Origin: Eledone cirrhosa
Taxonomy: Eukaryota
NCBI GenBank assembly: GCA_964016885.1
Contig: OZ024747.1
Coordinates: 80,724,001-80,788,000 of the forward strand
Direction of reading: 5' to 3'
Length of the DNA: 64,000 nucleotides
Both the position numbers and the translations under genes were made by a program. The notes below the pieces were generated by a model. That model was not told the origin of the DNA. It saw nothing but the letters and a program-made list of their open reading frames with translations, and did not search any database. This document shows positions 1 through 11,385 of this stretch, one piece after another. The number at the start of each line of letters is the position of its first letter. Position 1 is the stretch's first letter.

Positions 1-1374
1 TGCATTATTGTAGTATTCAGCATGTTCGCTAAAAATATCAGAGTTAGACGATAGGCGAGAGATTCTAAGAGAAATACTCCGGGGAACTGATTTGATCATG
101 GAGAGTGGGTGGTTAGAGTTAAAGTTAATATACGTAAGGTTCTCATTTACCCTGTGGAAGGGTCGTATCTGTCCGGTATTTAAATTAAGAGTTACGTCCA
201 GAAAGTTTACTACCTTAAGATTGTATTCGTATGTTATTTTTAGGCCCAGTTCACTAAAAGATTTTCTAATATTTTTCCGTAGCCTTTCAAGATTTTGGTT
301 ATTCAAGTTATTAACTAATAAGAGCCCGTCATCTCTATATATCCCCCCCTGTAGATTACTAAATCTACTATGTAATATGTGGGCTATGTAAATTCCCACG
401 AGATCCGTGACCTCCGCCGAGTCGTTGGAACCCATGGTAATATCGAAATTTGTGGGTCTGTCCTTACGTTCCCAGTAGCAGTTATCGAACTTAATAATGG
501 TTTTTCTAGCCTCGAGAATAATATTAATTTCTTCCTCCGTTAGGTCGGAATTGGCCTTAGCAAACGATAGGGCCTTACGTAAAGTGCTTGGTGAGATGGA
601 AGAGTAGTATTCGTCTATGTCAAATTGTATAAACTTAGATTTATTCTTATTCTTAACATTATTAAACCAGCGAATTGCTTCGCTAGTGTTGCCCCATAAT
701 TTAATTTCAATTTTCTTTTTCACTTGAGTTATTACTCTGTCAAGTATATGTTTACTAATTTTCCCTATGTCTGATTTAGAAGGGCATATAAGTCTAATCT
801 TAGGGTTAGAGTCAAAATTTACCTTATGGTCCTTCAGGTTGAAGGTGGGGGTAGCGGGTATAATCGGCTCGGTTCTATCGTCTATCTTGAGATTCTTTAC
901 CACTTTGTATGCCTCGTTGTTAATATTTGCTAGCGTAGTTTCATTTGTTTTTCTATATTTTTTGTGTAGTTCGTTGCGTATGAAGTTATTATACGTATCG
1001 ATATCCATGGTATACACGTTAGAAGTCTTGTCAGCTTTCACAACAATTCCATTGGTATTTTGCAATCTTCGGAGTAGTGCTTTCATGTTGTTCTGCAGCT
1101 CATTATTTCTATGTCTGTTGAACTTAATGTTCATGGTAGTTTTCAATAAGTCCTGTTCGAAAGCTTCGAGGTGAGGGTTTGTAGGTGGGTTTTTACATGA
1201 TTTAAAACCATATGATTCAGACGAGTGATTGGCGCGTCCTTTATCGAAGTGGAAAGCTTTCCATCGTACACGCCGAATGAAGTCGTTACTGCGTTGAATC
1301 ATACTGAGAATATATTCCCTTTTGTTAGGTATAGGTATGTTTTTAAGTGACATACCTATATGATGCCTTTCCAT
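1..1374 (-). CDS. PLE reverse transcriptase ORF, N-terminal part, open to the window edge
   Basis: Hand translation: MERHHIGMSLKNIPIP...FIRRVRWKAFHF...KADKTSNVY...LKDHK...RLICPSKSDIGKISKHILD...FDIDEYYSSI...MGSNDSAEV...GIYRDDGL...FLDVTL. No stop was found. It is absent from the ORF track because it has no stop inside the window. Confidence 0.92.
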   Translation of the reverse strand, partial: MERHHIGMSLKNIPIPNKREYILSMIQRSNDFIRRVRWKAFHFDKGRANHSSESYGFKSCKNPPTNPHLEAFEQDLLKTTMNIKFNRHRNNELQNNMKALLRRLQNTNGIVVKADKTSNVYTMDIDTYNNFIRNELHKKYRKTNETTLANINNEAYKVVKNLKIDDRTEPIIPATPTFNLKDHKVNFDSNPKIRLICPSKSDIGKISKHILDRVITQVKKKIEIKLWGNTSEAIRWFNNVKNKNKSKFIQFDIDEYYSSISPSTLRKALSFAKANSDLTEEEINIILEARKTIIKFDNCYWERKDRPTNFDITMGSNDSAEVTDLVGIYIAHILHSRFSNLQGGIYRDDGLLLVNNLNNQNLERLRKNIRKSFSELGLKITYEYNLKVVNFLDVTLNLNTGQIRPFHRVNENLTYINFNSNHPLSMIKSVPRSISLRISRLSSNSDIFSEHAEYYNNA

Positions 1375-1619
1375 ATTAATGCCGTGTGTCGATGTGGTTG
1401 CTCAACTATGTAGGAGACGATTATTAGGTATAGGATTATCCAAGATGCAGTGATGGTTAATTACTACACTGGATATGGTTGACGTACGGTAAGAGGTTAC
1501 TCTACGAGTTATGGAAGAATTGTTCAAGAAACTTAGTTCTTGATCCTTCAGTATTCCGGAGTGTATATAAAGAATGAATAATAACAGGTAGACATCATAA
1601 AAAGGTAGTTTATTCCGTG

Positions 1620-1731
1620 TGCTTACAAGTGTTTCCACGGTGGTACTGCAGCCTAGTTCCGCTACGTGCAAATTCACAAGTATTTGCAGAACTCGAATAT
1701 CCAATGCTGTGACCACTGTTTCCTCAGAGCA
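1620..1731 (-). ncRNA. Type I hammerhead ribozyme, second pLTR copy
   Basis: Reverse complement of 3966-4077. Confidence 0.85.
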
Positions 1732-1794
1732 GAATGGTAAATATACAATGTAAAAACCCTTAGTAAACATATACTTGACAGAGTAATAACTCAA

Positions 1795-3472
1795 GTGAAA
1801 AAGAAAATTGAAATTAAATTATGGGGCAACACTAGCGAAGCAATTCGCTGGTTTAATAATGTTAAGAATAAGAATAAATCTAAGTTTATACAATTTGACA
1901 TAGACGAATACTACTCTTCCATCTCACCAAGCACTTTACGTAAGGCCCTATCGTTTGCTAAGGCCAATTCCGACCTAACGGAGGAAGAAATTAATATTAT
2001 TCTCGAGGCTAGAAAAACCATTATTAAGTTCGATAACTGCTACTGGGAACGTAAGGACAGACCCACAAATTTCGATATTACCATGGGTTCCAACGACTCG
2101 GCGGAGGTCACGGATCTCGTGGGAATTTACATAGCCCACATATTACATAGTAGATTTAGTAATCTACAGGGGGGGGATATATAGAGATGACGGGCTCTTA
2201 TTAGTTAATAACTTGAATAACCAAAATCTTGAAAGGCTACGGAAAAATATTAGAAAATCTTTTAGTGAACTGGGCCTAAAAATAACATACGAATACAATC
2301 TTAAGGTAGTAAACTTTCTGGACGTAACTCTTAATTTAAATACCGGACAGATACGACCCTTCCACAAGGTAAATGAGAACCTTACGTATATTAACTTTAA
2401 CTCTAACCACCCACTCTCCATGATCAAATCAGTTCCCCGGAGTATTTCTCTTAGAATCTCTCGCCTATCGTCTAACTCTGATATTTTTAGCGAACATGCT
2501 GAATACTACAATAATGCATTAAGGAATGCTGACCACCGGGATACAATAGAATACATCGATAGTAATTTCCACAACACACATAGCTCTACACGTAATCAAG
2601 GTATACGTAACCGGGGGACTAAAACACAAGCACACACACACTATACTACCAGACATACTAATAATAGAAGTTCACCACCAAATAAATCACGTTGTAGAAA
2701 GTATATCTGGTATAATCCTATTTTTAATGCCTCGAATAGTACAAAACTATCTCTTTCATTCTTTAAATTAATCAATAAACACTTCCCTAGTTCCCATAAG
2801 TACAGCAAAATTCTGAACTCCAAAACTATTAGACTATCATACTCCACGGCACCAAACCTTGAAGCATACATAAAAAAACTTAACTTAAGGCAATTAAACA
2901 ACTCTACAAAACAAAACATTTTAGTAACAGGTGGGCAGAACGCAATATCTGCCTCCCAACCACTAAATGGGAGACGGATATTGCACAACCCACCTGTACC
3001 GCTATCACAACCTATCCATGGTATACCCGCTACCCACAACAAAGCATGTAACTGCCATCTACCTGAAAGATGTCCATTGCAGAATGAATGCCTAAAGTCC
3101 AACATTGTTTACCAATGCACGGTTGAATCGGACGACCAGAAATGGTATTATATCGGATCTACCACCACATCGTTTAAATCTCGCTGGTACCGTCATCGAT
3201 TCTCAATCAAACATCAGAATCACCGTTTTGTGACCACGCTCGCCAACAAGACCTGGCAACTCCGTGAACACAACCAACAGTTCACCTTAAAATGGGATAT
3301 ACTTTCCAGCGCAAATGCATATCGGAGTGGTTTGAAGTACTGCAGGTTATGTAACCTTGAGCTATTTTACATACTAAAATCCAAAAACAAACTACTTAAC
3401 GATAGAATTGAACGATCATTATACTGCAACCACAAACTAAAAGCTAAATTCTCTCACTATAAAATAACTTAA
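1795..3472 (+). pseudogene. 5'-truncated PLE RT + GIY-YIG endonuclease, split by a +1 frameshift just before YRDD
   Basis: ORFs 1795-2184 and 2213-3472. G8 at 2169-2176 contrasts with the in-frame G7 in the minus copy (343-349). The C-terminus has CNCHLPERCPLQNECL, IVY...YYIGST...FKSRW..H and CRLCNLE motifs. Confidence 0.92.
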
Positions 3473-3965
3473 CATTCGAACCCGTAACTACAACACCACT
3501 TTCTAGCTAACAACCTTCTCTTCTCCCCCACACTACAAGACAATACACTGCTTATCACTATACATGGTAACTCAGTACAATTCCTAGATTACTACTACAA
3601 AACCAAAAGTTCACTCACCACATATACTTTATCTGTCCCCTCTCTACCTATATATCTCTCTCTACATCCATTACACTCTCTCTCTCTCACCTTTGACCTA
3701 CCTCCCTCTCAACATCTATGAACTTGACCTCTGGGGCAATAAATAATTCCGACCTCAACTATCTACGCATCTCTCCAAAAGTAACTAATAAAACCCCTAC
3801 CATAACATTTTGATTAAGATATCTACAAGCCACTCTCTCCTACTTCTCCAACCCCTGCATATCTTTCCTTCTCTCTCCATCTTCCCTACTTTTCTCTCTT
3901 CCTGTTCCACTCTATCTTCCCCAACAACCCCACTTAAGGGTTTTTACATTGTATATTTACCATTC

Positions 3966-4077
3966 TGCTCTGAGGAAACAGTGGTCACAGCATTGGATAT
4001 TCGAGTTCTGCAAATACTTGTGAATTTGCACGTAGCGGAACTAGGCTGCAGTACCACCGTGGAAACACTTGTAAGCA
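3966..4077 (+). ncRNA. Type I hammerhead ribozyme in the PLE pLTR, with an 85-nt helix II domain
   Basis: TGCT-CTGAGGA-(A ACAGTGGT...ACCACCGT G)-GAAAC-ACTT-GTA-AGCA; predicted cleavage after 4073. Confidence 0.85.
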
Positions 4078-4124
4078 CACGGAATAAACTACCTTTTTAT
4101 GATGTCTACCTGTTATTATTCATT

Positions 4125-4162
<38 letters not shown>

Positions 4163-4254
4163 ATAATAATAAATGTTAAGATAAGGATAATATATATATA
4201 AAAATATAAAAAACTAGAGCAAATTAAAATAACATTTAATCTGTTATTTTAATA

Positions 4255-4317
<63 letters not shown>

Positions 4318-4380
4318 AATAAAATAAGTAAGTCAAATATGTAAAATTTGGCTTCGTTCATTATAAATTATAAATTTACA

Positions 4381-4429
4381 GCTATATATATTTCGGTGAC
4401 AGCCATTATTGGCTGTGACCTCTTCAGGC
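4381..4429 (-). ncRNA. Minimal type I hammerhead in a small fold-back element (4317-4680)
   Basis: GC-CTGAAGA-GGTCACAGCC-AATAAT-GGCTGTCACC-GAAA-TATATA-TA-GC. Helix I is short. A 39 bp inverted repeat (4317-4355 / 4543-4581) brackets it. Confidence 0.75.
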
Positions 4430-4816
4430 AATCCGAATTGGCGTGGAAAATACAGGTACACACGTTGTTGAAGTGTGTTTCACTCTGTCAATACATCGAC
4501 ATGTCCAGCTCCTGGGTGTGTTGTTAGTCCTCCGAGGAACTGGAAGCCAAATTTTACATATTTGACTTACTTATTTTATTTTACATTACTCCGGAGTAAA
4601 CAAACCAACCTGCCTACTTCGTTGAGTGCGCCAATCTGCACACTGAGGTGTCGGTAAACAACCAGCATATACTCAAATATTATATATATATATATATATA
4701 TAGGTTGAAATAAAATGAAAACGAAATTTCATTTCTCACTCTTAGTATGGCACTTACTTAAATGTAAGTATGTATGTATACGTACATACATATATGTATA
4801 CAGACGTACAGTAGCA

Positions 4817-4866
<50 letters not shown>

Positions 4867-5016
4867 CACGTACACATACATATATGCACGCATCAGTTTA
4901 GCGGACGCTTATTATAACGCCGCTTTGTTCGTTTGTAAACAAACTGAACAGCCTGAATTTATGCCATACGGTGTTAAGGCAACCACGTCACCTTTTTGTT
5001 CAACACTGACACAGGA

Positions 5017-5059
5017 ACGATGTACTAGTTTCAAGCTTGTTAGCTATCATCAGCACCGT
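5017..5059 (-). ncRNA. Type I hammerhead ribozyme
   Basis: ACGGTG-CTGATGA-TAGCT-AACA-AGCTT-GAAA-CTAG-TA-CATCGT; palindromic helix III (ACTAGT). Confidence 0.9.
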
Positions 5060-5097
5060 ATACCCATCTGCCAGATAGTTGAACGTTCGAAAGTATA

Positions 5098-5143
5098 TAC
5101 TTTCCTTATGAAAATTAACGGCTGAGCAGCCTAATTTGCATAT
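5098..5143 (-). promoter_or_regulatory. Octamer (ATGCAAAT) plus PSE-like element upstream of the hammerhead
   Basis: TATGCAAATTAG...TAATTTTCATAAGGAAAGTA; same order and near-identical spacing at 27948-27991. Confidence 0.55.
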
Positions 5144-5295
5144 TGAGTGAGTTGAATCGGTCAGGCATACCGAAAACGATAAGTTGAAATAAAATGAAAA
5201 CGAAATTTCATTTCTCACTCTTAGTATGGCACTTACTTAAATGTAAGTATGTATGTATACGTACATACATATATGTATACAGACGTACAGTAGCA

Positions 5296-5338
<43 letters not shown>

Positions 5339-6034
5339 GTTTAGCGGACGCTTATTATAACGCCGCTTTGTTCGTTTTATTGTTATACACACACTCGAAT
5401 GTGTATCTGGAAGAATAGTAAATTATATATAAACAAAATACCTTCCATCATAACGTGAGATGGTCATACAGTTTAACACTTACTTGAATACATGCAACCT
5501 GTTAGGCCTTTTAGCGATTTTGGCCATATCAACGAAAAATATCCTCGATCGTCACAGTTAATCGGTCTCTCAATTTTAGCAGACAGTTTCTGTTTACATA
5601 GCTGTATAATAAGGCTTGACTATAAAAATATACCAGCTCTCGAGTCAACGAATTAACCTCTTCTACATGACTTTTATACCTGCTAGAAATAGAAATTGAT
5701 CCTTCCATCATGAAAATAGAGGGACATGGTGAATTACGAAGTCGTAGATATGCAATATTCGGGGAAAAGAAAGACGTTATAGCTAAAGTACTTTTTCTCA
5801 TGGCCTTGCTCAGCTGATAAACAAAACCCAAATTCAACTATATTAACTCATATGTAAACGACGAAGACTTGATGTTGTTTCGCACTACTCTTACGTCTAT
5901 CTCTTCTCTCCTTATCAAAACTTTCATAAAGAAGGACTTCTGTTCGAAACGTTGAAACATCCTCTACATCCTCCAAGCATGAACTTAATATAACTGTGGA
6001 AAATTGCCTTCTGTGTATTCTTTGTTTCATTTAT

Positions 6035-6103
<69 letters not shown>

Positions 6104-6132
6104 CATCAAAAGGTGGTTAAAAGAGTTCCATG

Positions 6133-6203
6133 TATTTTATTATGCGCATTTCAAAAACAAATATCATCATGGGATGATATTTGCGTTCTCATCAGATAAA
6201 ATA
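6133..6203 (-). ncRNA. Type I hammerhead in a ~150 bp pLTR-like remnant between (TA)n tracts
   Basis: TATTTTAT-CTGATGA-GAAC-GCAAATATCATC-CCAT-GATGATATTTGT-TTTT-GAAA-TGCGCA-TA-ATAAAATA. Confidence 0.88.
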
Positions 6204-6314
6204 GGAGGACATGATATGAAGCTTAAACAATACTTAAAAAACACTATATAGGAAAATGTTTAACTCCGACGGCAGAACTCAAGCCGTTTCGACGGCTATA
6301 TATATATATATATA

Positions 6315-6375
<61 letters not shown>

Positions 6376-6380
<5 letters not shown>

Positions 6381-6900
6381 TATAAAGTAAGAAGAAATAG
6401 TAGACACATATATACCTATTGTTTCTCAATGTCCCGACTCTACAGTTTCGCTGGTCAGTATGCAAAAATCTTATATCATAGAGATGCAACATTGTTGTTT
6501 CAAACTCCCTCACGGCAGAGTAACTGCTTTCAAGCAAACACTATAAAGAGTTTCAGTCAACCTTACCACCCCTCTGTAGCCTCTGTATCATAATAATATC
6601 CCACTCCGCCTTCTGAGATATTTTTCACTGCTACAAGGGATTTAGTCCCCTTTCTTGAACGGTGTATCACGTGACAGTATCTCCCTCCGCCTTTTTGAGA
6701 TTCTCTCGCATGCTACGGACGTGTGTAGAAGCGCTGTTTCCCTGAGGTGTTCCCTTGAAAAGCTGGCTTACCTCACAACAATGTTACATCTCTATGAAGT
6801 AAGATTTTTGCATAGTGACCAGCGAAACTGTACAGTCGGGACATTGCAGAAAAAATAGGTATATATCTGTGTCTGGTATTTCTTCTTACTTTATAATATG
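6376..6900. repeat. Inverted repeat (~125 bp arms) containing a decayed hammerhead
   Basis: 6376-6497 vs 6776-6900. The 3' half GAAA-CTGTACAG-TC-GGGACATTG is intact; the CUGANGA box is corrupted. Confidence 0.7.
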
Positions 6901-7066
6901 TTACATAGCGCTGATAATGAGTCAATTTAATTATTTCGATTATCTTGTCCCTCATAATCATAGAGCAACACTGGTTAAGGTCGACAACACACAATCTCAC
7001 ATACTTGTGAAAAAATATATGTGTATATATACATGTGTATGTATGTACATATATGTGCGTACCTAT

Positions 7067-7125
<59 letters not shown>

Positions 7126-7166
7126 CGAAACATAAGTCAATTGCAAGAACTCATAATCCTTTATTT

Positions 7167-7222
7167 ACTGCTATATATATTTCGATGATAGCCATTGAAT
7201 GGCTATGACCTCATTAGGCAGT
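7167..7222 (-). ncRNA. Hammerhead with G5A core change (probably inactive), same family as 4381-4429
   Basis: ACTGC-CTAATGA-GGTCATAGCC-ATTCAAT-GGCTATCATC-GAAA-TATATA-TA-GCAGT. Confidence 0.75.
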
Positions 7223-7519
7223 TAGTCAGTTCTAAGATATGCCAGCTCTGTGTTTATAGTGTTGATGGTATCAGAGCCTTGGGACATATATATATATATA
7301 TATATACGCTCTGCTAACTCTCTAGCCCACTAAATATTAACACTTCGAATATTTAATACTGCCGGCACTAGTATCGAGCACATTTGGCATACGCTACTTG
7401 GCAAATAACTATATGTATCACCTATCCTCCCCTTCTTTTCTCTTTCTCGATACGTAAATAGGTACCTTATGAATTTGACTTTCCGTATTTATTACTGTTG
7501 TGAAATATTGTGGCATTTT

Positions 7520-7940
7520 TTGGTTGTAACTTCTCCGTTTTTTAGCCTAGGAAAATATATATATATGCCTACGTATATAATTACATGCATATATGTATTT
7601 ATTTTCTTTTATTAATTGAGTTCTTTACACGAGGAATTAATATTGGTTTTGAAATAACTAATTAACCCGCGTGTGTTTTATATTTTACTCTTAATAATTT
7701 GGCCGGAGAATGATATTCCCATTTGCCCTTTATAGCATAACTTTCTGCATTTACTGCGGTTATGAGAAGCGGTTCTTATTCGGGTACAACTTCTGATTTA
7801 GCCTAAGAAAATATCTATATGCGTGTGTAATTTATACAAGCATGTATTTATTTTTTTATTTTCAATTGAGTTCTTAAACACGTTGGATTGATAATGTTTT
7901 CAAAAAAACTAATTAACCCGCGTGTATATTATTTTTTTCC
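7520..7940. repeat. Degenerate ~250 bp direct duplication
   Basis: Blocks TTTTAGCCTARGAAAATAT, AATTGAGTTCTT and AACTAATTAACCCGCGTGT each occur twice about 250 bp apart. Confidence 0.6.
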
Positions 7941-8422
7941 TCATTTCGTGAGTTGTCTCCCCTTCCCGCTTCGTGTCGCTATGATACTTCCTAAGTCAAA
8001 AACTGCTGGAATTTCAAATTTGGCGGTCATTCGAGGCGAGAGAGAGCTACTTTACGGACATGATTTTTGACAGCGGTAAGAAATTGCTTTCTTATATCAA
8101 TGTTTAATGGGCTTCCACTGATGATTTATAAGTGCCCACCTAAATATATTCTTACATGAATATATATTAGGCTTCTACATAAACTGGAAACATTCTCCCA
8201 AACTTGTAGAAAACTTATAATGAAACAATTGTTTGGAAAGAGAGATATACTATAACTTTAATTATATCTCATAAAATAATACAACTGGTTTTTCCACATT
8301 ATACATATTGTTAGCACCCCAAACACTTAAATTGGGTTTATATTTTAATATAACCTAATGTTTGTTGAGTGAGATGGTTACCAGTCAGAGTTTAGCTTTA
8401 AACTATCTCTGTTATTGTATTA

Positions 8423-8500
<78 letters not shown>

Positions 8501-8595
8501 CGAAGGAAATGTGGTAAGGAACCAGGTGGACCATAACGCACCAAAGAATTAGCCGTCGAAACGGATTGAGCTCAGCCGTCGGGGTCTTACTTGTT

Positions 8596-8630
<35 letters not shown>

Positions 8631-9031
8631 TGATTGAGTGTGTACACGCGTGTGAACGTGTGTGGATGATTGTGTGCGTTTTGGTGGGTGTGTTTCTATA
8701 TACGGGTTTGTGAACACGTGCATACATCTATCATATATCAACGATTGTATTTCCTCAGCTACGAAACTTTTTTCTCTTACTTCAGCAAATGTCAGAATAT
8801 CTGCTAAAATAAGAGAAACTAAAAACAAGGATAGTTAGATCATTTTATGGTTATATTTGGAAGACCTACGTGTGTTGGCGGGGGTGGATTGATGTTCATC
8901 ACTGAGCTAGCGTATATGTATTTTTCTGTGTATATATATATGTATATATACACACACATAGACACACACACACGCACTCACACACACACACGCACACACA
9001 CATATGTAAACCCACACTCAAACATACACAA

Positions 9032-9094
<63 letters not shown>

Positions 9095-9179
9095 TACATA
9101 CATATATATATATATATATATATGCATACATACATACATAGATATACATACATATATATATATATTTACATAAATGCAT

Positions 9180-9214
<35 letters not shown>

Positions 9215-9270
9215 CGGATAGAGATAGACAGATATGTATACATTTACATACCTATAATAATTATAGACTC

Positions 9271-9376
<106 letters not shown>

Positions 9377-9849
9377 CATATTCTCCGGAGTTTCGAAAAG
9401 TGTTTCAATCCTGCATATTTAATCTATTCATATATTCTGACCAGCAGTTGTTAAATGTTCAGAACCATTGATGCATTAGACGGCTTCAGTAAGGTTTATT
9501 CCTATAAATATTCCCGCTTGGTGCTATGTGTTATGTTTACAGATTGAATCTTCTAACATCTCTGCTAAGAATAAAAATAATGAAGAAAAACAAAAGCAAT
9601 CAACAACACACACAAACAAAATAAAATCAAGTTACACCGTTTATTATTTTTTGGTTATATTTTCTCTTTTGCTTTCACCTGGGTAGAGCGCCAGCAGTTT
9701 TCATTGAATTTTATATTTCTGGTAATTATTTTATTAAAGTCGGGTGGGTAGGAATGTAAATTTGACATTTCTTCAATTTGAATTCATATTAGATATTTTA
9801 AGATGTTTTAAGTACTTTAATAAATTGATATTATTTTAGTTTTGTTTTA

Positions 9850-10095
9850 CGAGTATTTTATTTTATCCGACCCAAAAGAATGACATACAAAGTTGACCAC
9901 GGTATAGTTTGAATTCAGAATGTAAAGTGCTGTCAATAAAGAGTGTAAATCATTTTTTTTCGACAACGTATTTGACTGGTAATTGAATACATCGAGCTTG
10001 CACGAATGAAAAGCAAAATTGACCTCGATGGGATTTGAACTCAGAACGTTAAACTTCGTAACGAAATACTTCATGGCAATTTGTACATTGCTCTA
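9850..10095 (-). mobile_element. Degenerate tRNA-derived SINE pieces
   Basis: GGGATTTGAACTCAGAACG B-box region and TGAAAAGCAAAATTGACCTCG match the family at 17881. Confidence 0.6.
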
Positions 10096-11241
10096 AAGAA
10101 TGTTGTCAACTCAGTGTTTTAATAATCATTTCTAATCTATGCACAAAATCAGAAATTTGTGGAGTAGAAACAGGGGATCATAATAACTTCAGTGGTGGGT
10201 TAATACCCATTTTATCGATCCTATGCGATTGGGTCATGTCCACACGGGGGCATTCAGAAAATCTAGTCGGTACCTGTCAGAGAGTTGGAACTGCCTGATC
10301 AGGTTCTGGAGGTTTTCGCACACGGCGCTTCTATCTGCTATTCCCATACTATCTCTGTGTGCGTTCAGTTGCCGTTCCACGACCACGCCAATAGTAAAGG
10401 ACTGCTGTTGTTGCTGCCGCCGCTGTTGTAATAATAATAAAGTAAATTAAAAAGACCTTGGAAAATACTCTCAGTATTCTAAAACCACAACAGCATAATA
10501 TAATTGTCCTATACACAAATAGAAAATTATTATATTTTAACTTCTATGGTTGTCTCTCCTGTCTTTCTTGACCAGAATAAATATTTACACTAAAGAAATT
10601 TTCTCTCCACTACGAGTTTAATTATTATTAAAATATTTGTTTGGCTCACTAAAATTTGTTAGCACCGGCCAAACCATATTTCAACAAAGAAAGGAGACTG
10701 AGTAATTTAACTCCAGAAATACTTTTAACTTGTCATAAATATCAGTGTCTATTGACTTGTCACAGAGTCAGAAGGGTAGCCAAAGGAGAGAGCCGACTCA
10801 TTATCTCAAGCTAAAGTTATGAATGGCCGCAAAATTTCTTTTGGCCTGTCATGCCTCTGAATATAGGAGCCTAAAATGTTTTCTTGCTCTCCAACATTGA
10901 GAACATCTTGCTACATCACAAGTCTCAATCTGGCTAATATCTGCTATGTTCTGTTAATATTTTAATTCGCTAAAGATATCTAATAATTCCTTTCAAATAT
11001 CAAACTCACAACTCTGCATCTTCCCATTTCATATTTGATTAATATAAATTCTGGAGTTATAGTCACTGCCTTCTTCATTGTTGGGGTGATTTTAATTATT
11101 ATATTTTTTTACTCACTATAATAAGTTCTGGGGCTATCTAAAGACGGCCATGTTGAGGGAGAGGGGGTCTTTATTTAGAGTGGCGAAAGGCGGGCCCGGC
11201 AACGACAGCTCTTTTGCTAGTATACACACACACACACACAC

Positions 11242-11287
<46 letters not shown>

Positions 11288-11385
11288 AGGGAGTGTAACT
11301 TGGAGTTACTGTAGGTTCACCCGGGTGAGCACTCGATGTTTAAGTTTACACTTCTGTGTAGAGGTGTGTGTATATATATATATAT

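Larger units (their letters stand above)
1..4133. mobile_element. Penelope-like element (Naiad-like), head-to-head arrangement: minus-strand copy starting at its pLTR (1762, running off the left edge) joined to an inverted 5'-truncated plus-strand copy (1760-4133)
   Basis: 1-758 is the reverse complement of 1760-2518. The 199 bp pLTR occurs at 1564-1762 (-) and 3935-4133 (+). The element has an RT + GIY-YIG ORF and a hammerhead in the pLTR, and its 3' end runs into (TA)n. Confidence 0.95.
4702..5374 (-). mobile_element. Retrozyme-like element, ~479 bp monomer x1.4
   Basis: Direct repeats 4702-4932 and 5182-5374; the unique middle holds a hammerhead and octamer/PSE-like motifs. Confidence 0.8.

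Noticed and set aside
92-3105. ORFs 92-391, 767-1174, 2164-2427, 2641-3105
   Set aside because: Antisense shadows of the PLE ORF.
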